A stretch of 64,000 nt of DNA from Patellaria atrata CBS 101060 (Eukaryota). Where the stretch lies: positions 828,004 through 892,003 of the forward strand of contig MU006096.1 in assembly GCA_010093705.1 (NCBI GenBank), read 5' to 3'. Positions within the stretch are counted from its first letter, which is position 1. Each line of letters opens with the position of its first letter. A program made the translations under genes and the position numbers. The notes under the pieces were generated by a model. It did no database searches. It worked only from the letters and a program-made list of their open reading frames with translations, and was not told the origin of the DNA. Shown one piece after another: positions 1-11,315 of the stretch.

Positions 1-297
1 TCTGTTGAAGTGTCAATGAATTTTCTAAAGATTGTGATTATTTCTAGAAACTCGGTGTGCTTCCGTCCAGGACTCAGCAGTTGGAATGTAGTAGTTATCG
101 GTAAAGGCTGAATCCGTGCGGGTGACAGTGATATGGATCAGACTTAGTGGAAATACGCTGTTGCTACTTCTGCGCCTCAATATGTGGGCTGTTCTAAGGA
201 AATGTTGCCTTGCGAGGAGTCATCGCTAATATAAAAGAACACCTCCCTTTAGTGCTGGTGCGGTAGAAAATTATGGATCCTCATCACTCTCAAAACC

Positions 298-368
298 TCT
301 AGTCATATTCAAGATGTCTAGTCATATTCAAGATGTCTAGTCATATTCAAGATGTCCAGTCATATTCA
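298..368 (+). repeat. 19-bp tandem repeat (TCTAGTCATATTCAAGATG x3 plus partial copy)
   Basis: Units at 298-316, 317-335, 336-354 and a partial variant at 355-368; each full unit ends in ATG. Confidence 0.95.
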
Positions 369-1035
369 TTCTCGTCCAAAGTTACTGACAACATCGGAAA
401 TTTTCCTGTATCGCCTGAAAGATGAGGGTGACAGAGAATCTCCTCGCTTCGCTACAGCAATTCTGAGGGGAGCTAAGTCCTTATTAACCCTTAGTCATAT
501 GGGTTGAAATCTCTATTTTATGGAAGATGCCATACCATATTACGAAAATTTGGAAGGTACTCTCATCATCGTTTGGGATGGTAGTGACATCATTCCACTC
601 CACCATTTCCCAAAGGTTAAACAGTTCTTATATCTCTGCATGGAAGGGGACGATACCACATATGAGGAATTTAAAGCGTCGGTCGATCGGTCGCATCGTT
701 GGGATGACACCCCTGCGCAACGAGACAGGTACGCCGAAAAGCAGTCAAAAGATTTGCATATCTTCGAGACGGTGTTGTCAGATGGACGGAAAATCCGCAT
801 GAGCTACTACAATAATAAAGATAAGTCGCAGAAATGGACCGAGGACTCGCTTCCAGGGTTCCTGGCGGAAAATGAGGAATTGACCCATTATCACAATGAC
901 GCGAATGGAATCATCTCCGCAAGTCCACTTGAGCCAGACAGAAATAATATCTATATTCCTTATAGGACTGGTGCTCTGGTCATCTTTATGGTTCTTCGAT
1001 CAGAACTCGAATTGTGTCTTCTACCCCCAGAATAG
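352..1035 (+). pseudogene. Hypothetical protein, probably disrupted (in-frame TGA at 505-507)
   Basis: ATG 352 (MSSHIHSRPKLL...) is in frame with the 520-1035 ORF, separated by a single TGA. No recognisable domain. Confidence 0.45.
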
Positions 1036-1858
1036 AAGCGAGGGGGGAGTTAACACGAAGATTCCTTATTATGCACGTATCATTTGGACGACCCGTGTTT
1101 CAAATGTCCCCATAGCTTTAGATGACTACCCTTTAGAAATCAGTTCACAAGAGATGTAAGTCTGATCTACTTTCCACTCTGGAGCAGGGAGAAAGATTGG
1201 TCTAGATAGTAATTCCTGGGTTGAAGGGAAAGAAGCGACAGCGAACCCGGAGAAGATTAATTGAATAATGTGGAGCTGAGGGCGGTTCAGAAAGCCGTGC
1301 TCCTCAACACCAATTATTTTAATTCATCAGATTCCTTTCTTTCTTAACTCTTTTAATTGCTCAAAGTAACGAAGGTATCCCCTTATCATTATAAGCGGGC
1401 CGGAAGGAATCGAAGGATCGTTTACCGTAATTCACGTCCATTCCTTTACATGGCTGGATATCGATAATGTAGACTTATTCCGTTAATACCAGAAACTCAG
1501 GTTCGCACTATTAGGAGCTCGTTTAAGTGATGGCTGTGACCTTGAATTCAGTCAAGTAAAGACTTCGAATGAGCTCGGTTGACCGTCCCGAAATCTACTG
1601 GCAGAGTGGATAAGCAGCGATATGATTCAAATCCACGAGGTAATTTTCCGTACTTGATACAGTCTCCTGTTCCTAACTCCCAAACTACCTAAGAGATCCA
1701 GTATACAGCGCCCAGATCCGCGACCTCAGGCTATTTATACCTCTAAGGGGCACCGGAGATTCATTCCGAAAATCCTCAAGACGGTACTAAATTGGGTCGC
1801 CTTCCGCATTCCACAACTTTCCCTTAAGGGCTCTATCTCTCATCCACTCCTGACAAGT

Positions 1859-2766
1859 CTAGATAATGTCCGTATCGCCGTAATATGCCTGGGGCACATT
1901 GACCCATTGCACGGCTACTCCCCTTCGCCTCGCAACAGCATGCCACTCGGCTTTCAGAGACGGATGCTGAAACTCAGCGTTTGGTGGCATGATGTTCAGA
2001 TCCATGTCCTCGACCCCATCCGGCCGTGTCATGATGATAGTCTCCACAGGTACTCGAGCCAAGGCGTGCCACCAGGTGTGCTCGTCGAGGGCCAGTTGTA
2101 CAGCACGAGTTTCTTCAGCTTCTTCCAGTGGACCCAAGCTGGATGTAGGAAATCTTCTTCTCGTTCCTCCGGTATCGCTGGTAGATACAGCTCGTCCCTG
2201 ATGGAGATGAATTCCTCGACAGATTTTAAAGAGTTGAAAGCATAGCAAAACGTTCTGTGCATATCGTAATGATGATCGTCTAACTCCTAGTAGTTACGAA
2301 GTGGGATGTCAATTACGAGACGACGCAGAGAAGTGCGAAGGCACAGCAAAAGCTCAGGAATTCTGAGAAGGCACGGCTCATCATCGACCTTGGAAGTGTT
2401 GGAGCCTAGATATAGGGAGGTGAGAACGTTGACTGGGTTGGGGATTGTGGCAATGCCGATTTGAGGGAGCCAATCGGTAGGAGTGCTATTGTATGCGTGC
2501 CTTAGAGTGCGATTGTATGCGTGCCTTAGAGCGCGGACAAACAACTTAAGATGAAGAGCAGGATCTATGTATAGACAGTGGCTGTAAAGATGGCGCGTTG
2601 CTATTGGATTGAGAGAGTGAGATACTAAAGTAAAAGAATGAAGGGTTTTAGTAACAACATGGGAAGGAGGTAGAGCAATTGCTTTCTTGTCCTTAGGAGA
2701 GATGTCCAGTATCAGGTCTAGAATATCGAGAAAGCGCTCTATAGGGAGTGTCTTTGTGTGTGCCAT
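1859..2766 (-). pseudogene. Disrupted fungal hypothetical (F-box-like N-terminus) protein
   Basis: ORFs 2287-2766 and 2029-2262 are in frame, split by TAG (RLVIDIPLRNY*ELDDH...EEFISIRDELYL...WKKLKKLVLYN). A frameshift near 2095 leads into the 1859-2248 frame. A 24-bp internal duplication lies at about 2489-2535. Confidence 0.7.
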
Positions 2767-3760
2767 TCCTTTTGAAATAGAAGTCGATGAAAGTGTGGAT
2801 CTTCTTGAGCTGAGGCTCTAGGGATGTCATAACGTAAGATGACATCGATGCGTTTGGTGGGTTAACTTAACTGTGTCGCATTATGTAAGAATTTGAGAAA
2901 CTATCACTGGTGTATGTCTAATTAAGCTTTTGAACTAACCGCATTGGGTAGTACCTCTAATAGGATTGGAGAGCAAAAGGAGCACTCTCTGCTCGCTTTT
3001 GAATTTAGAATAATTGTCCAAATTGCGAAGACGTAATTGAATTGCAATTGAAATGAATTCCACAGATTGATGCGGTGTAATAAGTAGTTTGGCTTCCCCC
3101 TTAAACTTAAATTTGCACCCCATTGCCCGTAGCTCTTACAGAAGAGCAATTCTGTGAGCTTGCTAGTTAATAGAGTTCTCCCCGATTCCAGGAATTCAAT
3201 AGTATCTTCCCCTGTTAGTTAATCCCATATTACTGCACGGTTGGTCTCGCAATTACCCCTGGCTTTGCTGTAGGTGATGAGCCAGACCGTACTCTGTATT
3301 GCAGAAATTTCTGAACGCTGTACGAACCCCTAAACCGTACAGCATCCTATTGCATACTGTGGATAACTCTCCTTTGCGCTGTTTACCACGCAAGCCTCTT
3401 TGAGTCAATAAATATCCTTTATTGTATCGAAGAATACCTGATGAAGTAAGACGTGTGTTTACGGGAAGAATCACTTTATCCACCACCCGTATGCAATAGG
3501 ACGCTTTACATACCTTGGAACAGCTTTCAAGTATTAGCTTGGAGTATCCGATGATATCTGTGGAACAAACTAACAGCCGCCGAGGAGTGCTAACCATGAC
3601 GGAGGAAGAGATAAAAGAGCGATGTTTAAGTTTGTCTGTAAAATGCTTTTCAAAACTGCCGAAGTATTAACAACTACAGAATTTTGAGCCCGCTGCCGTG
3701 AATATTGTTTTCAGATTTGATGATAATCCTCATGCAAATTCGATTCGGTACGCCCAAACC

Positions 3761-4198
3761 TTATCTGTGCCGAGTTAGCATTGAATTACCTAACAGAGAC
3801 CGATCGCTGGCCCGCGTTTGCATTCCTCGAAATCGATGTTTCGGCGCCTCGGGATCTGCTATGCGGACGCGAATTGCATTTCTGGGGCTCCTGGAACCAT
3901 GCGTGAGCGGTTCGGCCGCCCTGTGGAAGGAACGGTGAGAATGCCGATCACCCAGCACCCCGGTTATCGTCACGCTTCTTACGCTGTGATAGTATTCGGA
4001 TTTGGTAGCTTTTCTGTTGATCAAGATCTGCTGAAACGTGAAGCTGAAGTTAGCAGGCGGGACGGAACGGGAAGCCCCATACGGTAGGTCGTCTCCAGCT
4101 TGGATCGGCCTCACCGGCAGTTTTGCGAAAGTTGCAACAAAGTGATCCTCAGACTCTGGAATTATCACTACTGGGCGCGGAGACCGAGAATCTGACAT
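3761..4198 (-). CDS. Possible hypothetical protein or degenerate gene fragment
   Basis: 145-aa ATG ORF ending near a GCTAAC...CAG acceptor-like motif; no homology recognised. Confidence 0.25.
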   Translation of the reverse strand: MSDSRSPRPVVIIPESEDHFVATFAKLPVRPIQAGDDLPYGASRSVPPANFSFTFQQILINRKATKSEYYHSVRSVTITGVLGDRHSHRSFHRAAEPLTHGSRSPRNAIRVRIADPEAPKHRFRGMQTRASDRSLLGNSMLTRHR

Positions 4199-6669
4199 CG
4201 AGGGATTCGGGAAAAGAGCATACTGTACTGTAGCTCAAGAGCCGCGTTTTATTTCCGGGCTGAAGGGAGAATTATACCGGCGTGACCGGGCGGTAATCTG
4301 TGTTGGCAATCTTACTCATAGGCGCGTTTAGGCGTTCTTCAGGGAGACGTGTTGGTTATATCCTGGCTTGAAGGTATGAGCTTGCCAGTTCTTCTATTGA
4401 AGCTTGGGACTATACGGTCTTTCCCGTTACTTCAAGAAAAGAGTATTGATAAACATTGAGGACAAGAAATCGAATGGTGAATTGTACAGTACAGTACAAT
4501 ACCATAAACGCGACGTTTCTGAGAAAACCCGGTTTCGCCGAAACCTCCCTGCGTAGATCCAGATAATCTTAAAGCGAGAAAGGTAGCGGCGCGCTCAGTT
4601 CAATTCTGGTAGATCTCCCGTTTTACGTTATCGAACTGTAACATCTGTCTCAGGAGGTGAAGCGACTCCAAGCGAGGCCAGGGGGAACTGTCAGCCACAG
4701 GAGAACATCGAAAGTTTCTTGTTATTGCGGCGCACAATAGTGGGAAAATTGTTCATCATGATAGTAATCTTCTGTACAACGAAGATGCTTCTTTGGTAGT
4801 TATGCTATAGGTGTTAAAGATCCCAATTCTCGGTATGTGAAACGACACGATGGTTCCAAGTTGAGCTCTGGTGATTTAGTAGAGAGAAATATTTGGCGTA
4901 CGTAAAAAAACTATAAAAGTTCGCTTTTCGAGGACGGTTATTGGATAAAATTTCAAAATTGCCATGGATTTCCAGGTGGACGGGAACATGGGCCATGGAA
5001 TGGGAAGGCCTCGTCCCTGTGCGTAAGCAGACCGTCTCTTTGCTAACGCAAAGTAATATAATAGAAATCTAATCGGTTGCAACTTTGCAAGTAATAATAT
5101 ATAGTGAGCCCTATAGCTATACCTTTTTATCTGAGTCCAGTTCTGCGCACGTGAAACTAATCTAGTTCAGGATGAATTCTCAGTCCGTCCCTTCGTGCCG
5201 ACGGAGCCCGACGATCAGGTTAAAGAGAGATGGCAGATGTATGGACGTTGACGCATAGTGACAAGTGACACCGCATATTAAAATCATGTCATGGTTGAAT
5301 CAATGTCTCACACGAGACAATCATAGGCAGAGTGGAATTTCCACGTCGGATGACCGTAGTCTTTTGCTCAGGAGACATATTTTTCGGTGTACGAAAATAT
5401 GCAGTACAAGTAGTACCAATAGTGAGGAGCTAGAAAATTTGGTCAAACCATTTCACATACCTAGCGGAGAATAGTTATGTGAGCGTCCAGCATATTCCTC
5501 GTCGATGGGCAGCCACAGTGGTCTTCCAGACTTCGATGATATCCCACGCTGCATCCTTCTCAGGTGTTGTTCAGGACTACCCGAGCGTCTAGAGTCCTCA
5601 ATGATATCCCTCCCGCGGAAAACTGGTGCTGTAAAAGCGCCAGTGCTAGCAAATGAATACTGAGCAGATTCAACAGAGATTTAAGTTCAGCGACTATGAC
5701 AATGTATGTTCCTGAAAATCGAAACTGACTGGCACTGCTAAAGCTGTCCTCAACTCTTCTTATTGAAACTCCAATCCCGTCTGAGAGATAGGCCAAATAG
5801 TCGACTCTGGATAGTAGTAAGTACGCTAACCCCGCGAAGAGGGAGTGTCCCCGGTAGTTTTAGGGATGACTATTGGAGGATCCTATTACCGGTAATCGTC
5901 GAGTACCCGCGCATAACGGCTTGCATGAGCATCACGGGAATCGACCGTAGAAAGGCTACTTTTGAAGGTCTCGCCATTGCCACAGATATTGACCAGATTT
6001 GTGGCTGAAGGAAGCACACATATCGAAAACGAGAGCTTCAAAAACCGCTGATAATAGTAATGGTCATTCCTGAAGGCTCCAAACTTTGGAGGAAGTCGGG
6101 CTGTTTCGCGAGGACGGCTTAAGAAACCCAGATGCCAAAAATTCCAGTAAGGCGGTGCAGCCGCTTTTTCGGTGCCCTTTTGCCTTGGTTTACTATCCAA
6201 ATAATGACAAGGACGAGCCTCCACGGACGGACGAGGAGAATCTGTCAAGAAGTAATTGCCCGACAATCACGCAAGAGGACTTAAAATCATAATACAAAGT
6301 AATAATATGTCGTGTATCATTCCACTGAACAAGTTGCTGTAAAATTTAGGGTATACATACATGCCGTAGAAGTTTCCCGGCGTTCAGAGATCACACAAAC
6401 CAGGTTCTTCTGGAATGGCTCTGCGATCTTTGGCTCGATCGTAGGGCCTCCAGTGGCCTTGCAGCGTGTTTGGTAGCGGGTACTGCGACAAAAAGCTCTT
6501 TTCAAGACTTTGATCAGCTTCAAGAATCAAATGGTAGAATCAGGCGCACCTTTCGTTAAGGAGGATCATGCCTGCAAACGCAATGATAATAGAAGAATCG
6601 AGCAGATCAAATAGCCGCTGTCTTGTGTGCCTGTGAATCGTTGTCTCTTAATAAGAATTAAGAGACGGT

Positions 6670-6714
6670 GGTGCAAATGGTGCAGATGGTGCAGATGGTG
6701 CAGGTGGTGCGGAT
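6670..6714. repeat. 9-bp tandem repeat (GGTGCAGAT-like x5)
   Basis: ggtgcaaat ggtgcagat ggtgcagat ggtgcaggt ggtgcggat. Confidence 0.9.
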
Positions 6715-7489
6715 GGGTTTCTGAGGTGCTGCTTGCTAAAGCGTGTACTGCTAAGCGTCTTTTTTTTTTTACTTCTTATTCCCAACAGACTGGTCTCCGA
6801 CACCGAATGCTGTGCGGGCGCTGGTGGGCCTGCACAAAGACGCGCCGCTAGAACGTTCAAGGGCCCGCAGGCCTTACTGTGCTCACTCCCACTTCCCAGC
6901 AAAAGAATCCATATTAGCCTAGTGACCCGCTGTTCGCTGTTGCTGCTTCCATCTCTTTCCTCTTCCCAATCTATCACTCCCCTCGTACCCTTCCCCCCTC
7001 CTCCGCCTTCTTTGCATTTCAGGAGGCGAAAAGTCTTTTCCCTGGTTAATTACCTGGGAAATCGGGCCATTTTGTTTTATCTTTACTGTCGAGTGCGAGC
7101 CCAGTATAGATTCTTGGCTCTCTGTACGTTCCCTCTTTGGCCTTGGGGAGTTTGCGAGATAAGCCCGAGTTTTGGCTTCATCAACACCCCAGTTGCACGT
7201 TTTGCGGGAGTCGATCAGGATTTCGTCTTTTGCTGCTTTATGGTTCCCCACATACCTATAATACAGCAGTTGATCATCCATTATTATAACGCCCATAGCT
7301 AGGGAGTGCTGGCCCAGCATTGATTATCGTTCATTTATACACCTTACCTCGCCGGACACCTCAACTTGCCACCACTCCGTATATAGCAAAACCGAAGTAC
7401 TCATGAAGGACGTCTGAATTTTCGAATCAATTCTCCAAAGCTTAAAGAGAACTGAATTTTTTTTTTTTGAATTTTTTTTTTCCAGTACG

Positions 7490-8790
7490 ATGTCTTCACC
7501 AGCACCTGAGGAAGTTGGTGCTACGGATGAGAGAACGCAGAGAAGGCAGAGCATTGGAAGATATGTCAAAAGATTGAGGACGGTACTGCGTAGAGGAAGC
7601 TCGGCCAGAGGAGTACCAGCTGCCAGCTCGACCCAACCAGAACCCATCGTGGAACCACAAGCTGCTGAAGCAACACCAGATGCTCCAGCTACTCCAGCTC
7701 CTGCACCTGCACCTGCACCTGTTCAATCTGAGGAGGTTCCTTCGAGCAATATCATCGTCCCTGATCCTGAGTACACGTCGTAAGTTGCTTAACTGACCCT
7801 TGTGCTACAGCTATATACTAATTCTCGTGCAGACTTCCTATAACTCAGCTTCCACCAGTAACCTCTACTCTTGGTGCTAATTCCTATGTACGAACTGCTG
7901 CTCAACAAGAGCGGGCCAGAGCTCTCTTTGCTAAATACGGTCTCACTCTGGACTCTCATGAGTGGCTTACCACAAATACCACTACCAACATTCAACGTGT
8001 CGAGAAACCAATCCGAATGCGTGTCCGTCGAGCGTGCCATCGTTGCCAGACTACCTTTGGAACTGACCGTATATGTACCAATTGTGAGCACAAACGTTGC
8101 AAGAAGTGCCCACGTTTCCCTGAGAAGAATACGGAGAAGAAGAGCAAGGACACCATGAAGGAAGGTTATGTTGGGGAGATGGGAGAATACATGAAGATTA
8201 GAGCAAAGCCCAACAAGGCTCTTTTAACGGAACCCATCCGGCCGAGTCAACAAGATCCAATCTACAGGCCCATCAAGCAGAGAGTCCGTCGCGTGTGCCA
8301 CCGTTGCAACACTACCTTCCTGTCTCCTTTAGCCAAGACATGTGAAAACTGCTCTCACGTCCGCTGTACCAAGTGTCCGCGCGAACCTGCCAAGTATCAG
8401 AAATGGCCTCAAGGTTATCCTGGTGACGAAGCATATAACAGTTCAGACGAAGAAGGGTTCAACAAAGTTGAACAGTGGAAACCTCCCAGAAGGACGTATA
8501 GGAAACCTCGTCAAAGGGTGAGGTGGAATTGTCAAAATTGTGACACACTGTTCGTGAGTAGGGAGAGAAATTGTGCAAAATGTGGTCACGAACGCTGCGA
8601 GAACTGTAAACGAAGCCCGTAAGTTAACGTAACCCCTCACTACAAGATATTTAATACTAATTCCTATTTCAGTTCTAAAAAAATCAAACAAGAACCAGTA
8701 TATGATCCGGAAGTCGTCAGATCTCTGGAGGCCAAGCTTGCGCATCTCGCCCTTCGTGGGCCTCAACATATGAGCGCTACTGCTGCTTGA
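7490..8790 (+). CDS. Fungal hypothetical protein with three Cys/His zinc-ribbon-like repeats (3 exons)
   Basis: Introns 7780-7832 and 8619-8672 (GTAAGT...CAG) join in frame. Three RVRRxCxxC...CxxCxHxRCxxC repeats. Confidence 0.85.
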
Positions 8791-9229
8791 CGAAAGTTTT
8801 CGAAATTTTCTTCCATATAGACACGACGGTGGATGATTTGTAGGATGTTCATTTCACGATAATTCGATCTGTTTTGCTTCAATAACGTGCGCGGCTAGTG
8901 CAGAGGCAACGACCAGGGCACATGCAACCAGCAAGAGACGGACAGCACACGGCTCTAAGGATTATTCACTATGTACGGTATCTCCAAGCAAGGAGCCTAG
9001 GACCATGTCGTCTCCCAAGCGCAATTTCTTCTATATAAATTCAAACATTACGCAAGGCGAAAACGCTTCATACTTTGCACTCTGTCCCTCTTGCAGTATC
9101 TCGATCACTTTGTTGATATATTCCCTCGCGCCCCCAAACCAACCCCTCAGACGTTAGAAGTTTCCATCGCACAATTACAAACGTCTGTACGACCATCAAA
9201 CCCAGGCTAAAAGCTCCGGGTATCACACA

Positions 9230-11315
9230 AAAGATGGGAAGTGGGGAATAAGCTCACGCTCAGCACCCAAGCATGCGGTCTGTGGGAAAAAGCTCACTCC
9301 ACCCCCCAGAAACATCCGCCTTCGGAACTGTCGCTGTGTTTTTGTGCGACCAACCATCATACGATTCCAGGTGAAGAGATTATTGACAGCCGCCCCCTCT
9401 GAGAGCATTACACGATAACGGCTGTGTGTGTGGGTTGTCTTGGCGGATTGCTACGAGGGGGTTGAAGAGGGTCGTTCGGCTTTTTGTGGGTTGCGGGTTG
9501 CCGATTTTGAAAGTTTGGCAGAAAGACATGCTAGCAATTCTAGTTCTATACCCCAGCCCTGCTCATACAATCGAAAGCAAAGTTCTCTATCACAGCTCTC
9601 TCTCCCTGTCATACAGTAGCAGAACAATTCACTAACTCTCACTCACCCAATCTCACCCTCGGTAAACTCCAAAAACCCCGAAAGAAAAAGAAAAGAGAGC
9701 AAAATCTCACACCCACCTTCCACGCCACCAATAAATTCCTCTCACTCGCATCCAGCGACAAAGAGAAAACCCTAATGCAGAGAGAAACGGGAATAGTCGG
9801 TTCTCCCGGCGGCGCCATCAGGATCAATAACCTTTCGTCTTCCCAATCTCCTGACTGGCCCGTCGCCCCGTCTCCCAAGGAACGGTTGGGTGCGAATGTG
9901 CAAGGAAAAGGGGGGTTGGGTGTAAGCGCGTTTAAAGTGCTGGAATGTGGGTCTGCAGGCGCGCGTTGTGGTGTCACGGGAGGGGAGGGGAGGGGAGGGG
10001 AAGGGGGGGGGTTTCGGTGATTTTTCTGAATGTGAGCGGAATCGAGGGCCCTAATACTCATTTCTATATTGCAGTAATGTTGATATCGATATGAAAAAGA
10101 CGAGAAAGGAATCTCTAAGCACGCTCTCCTCCAACTCTAAGAGTTCGTCAATGCACCGACCACGCCCCAGACTGGTGGGAAAAAGTCGAGTCAGAACTCT
10201 ACATGCAGCACTTTTCTCACCACTCCTGCGAAAATTCATCGATCCTGTACTCTAATACTCTTACTGTGCTCCTCCCGTCTATACCTTGCCCCTTGGGACT
10301 CTCCTACACACCTGCTACTGTATGGAACTGCTTCCGTCATGCATGCTGGGAACTGTAGAGGTGACTGATGAGTTGTTCGGTTCACCGTCATTCGGTGCGA
10401 GGCGCGTCTCGGGAGCGGGAAGAGCATTTGGTCCGCGGGTAAGTATGCGAGAGTGGGGTCTGGGATAGCCGTTGGGGGTTTGTTCTTGGTGGAGGGATAT
10501 ATCGTTGGTACAGTACAGGTTACTTTTTGGGTACATGATGCGATTGCAACTATACGGGTACTCGTATGGGTGCTGACCATTTCTATTGTTGCCCGTACTA
10601 CATCATCCGGTACAGTAGAGTACACCTTCAACACAACAGCAAGTACGCGCTCTATCATCGTACACCGTACCTCCAAAACCACAATATCTCACAACAGAAC
10701 CTCACCTCCTCCCATCCCAAAAACGCCTAAAGCGACAAACCCAAAAACTTTCCGACCCAACCCACCCAATCACCAAACCCGTTTGCACACCAAGGAGCTA
10801 AAATTGGTCCCATCCCCGTTTTCCCCACACCAGCCAAGGTCGGCGAGGTCGAAAAGCGGGTCGCAGGGTGGTTGTCCGATCTCGCGCCCCGGGTACAGAT
10901 CAAGCTGCTAAACTGCTAACGGGAAGACTGGGGGTTGTGATGGTTTGGGCGAGGTGCAGGTGAGGGGCTAGGGTTAGGTAGGGGTTCTGCAGGTGGGTAT
11001 GGGTATGATGTATGGGGGGTTGTATGAGTGACATTTTGTAGTGTGTACATCTCTTTAATACCATGCAGTTTGCTGCTGCGTGAGGTACTTCTATGGAGTA
11101 CGATTACTATTTGGAAGTTCCAAATCGTTGTTCTTGAGATTCTTTCCAAAAGTCAGCGAGATCTTTCATCCTTTCGGCGGAAAAGGATGCGGACGCGCCC
11201 GTTTCTTAGGGCTTGGTTCAGTTCGTGTTCCTCTTTTGCCATCCGTCATCGTCATCATTTTTCGTTCATCCTGCCCATGATGCCAAATTACCATGGAAAA
11301 TTCGAATTATGTATA
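9230..11315 (+). ncRNA. Candidate telomerase RNA (TER); boundaries approximate
   Basis: No credible ORF and many G-U-containing hairpins on the + strand. Template-like AACCCTAA at 9768-9775, long-range helix 9560-9572/11018-11030, P6.1-like GGGC-TTG-GTTC at 11209-11219. Pseudoknot not securely identified. Confidence 0.5.

Noticed and set aside
298..368. Possible CRISPR-like array
   Set aside because: Head-to-tail repeats without spacers in a eukaryotic genome.
5560..6292. Fragmented protein-like frames
   Set aside because: May be a gene relic, but neither strand nor family could be assigned.
9639..10911. ORFs of 140, 148 and 152 aa in the structured region
   Set aside because: Low complexity, overlapping on both strands, no domains or coherent splice pattern.
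10969..10978. TAGGGTTAGG, a 10-nt telomere match that could be a TER template on the - strand
   Set aside because: G-U pairing asymmetry and the P6.1-like element favour a + strand RNA, and the match lies in a G/T-rich arm. Disfavoured rather than excluded.
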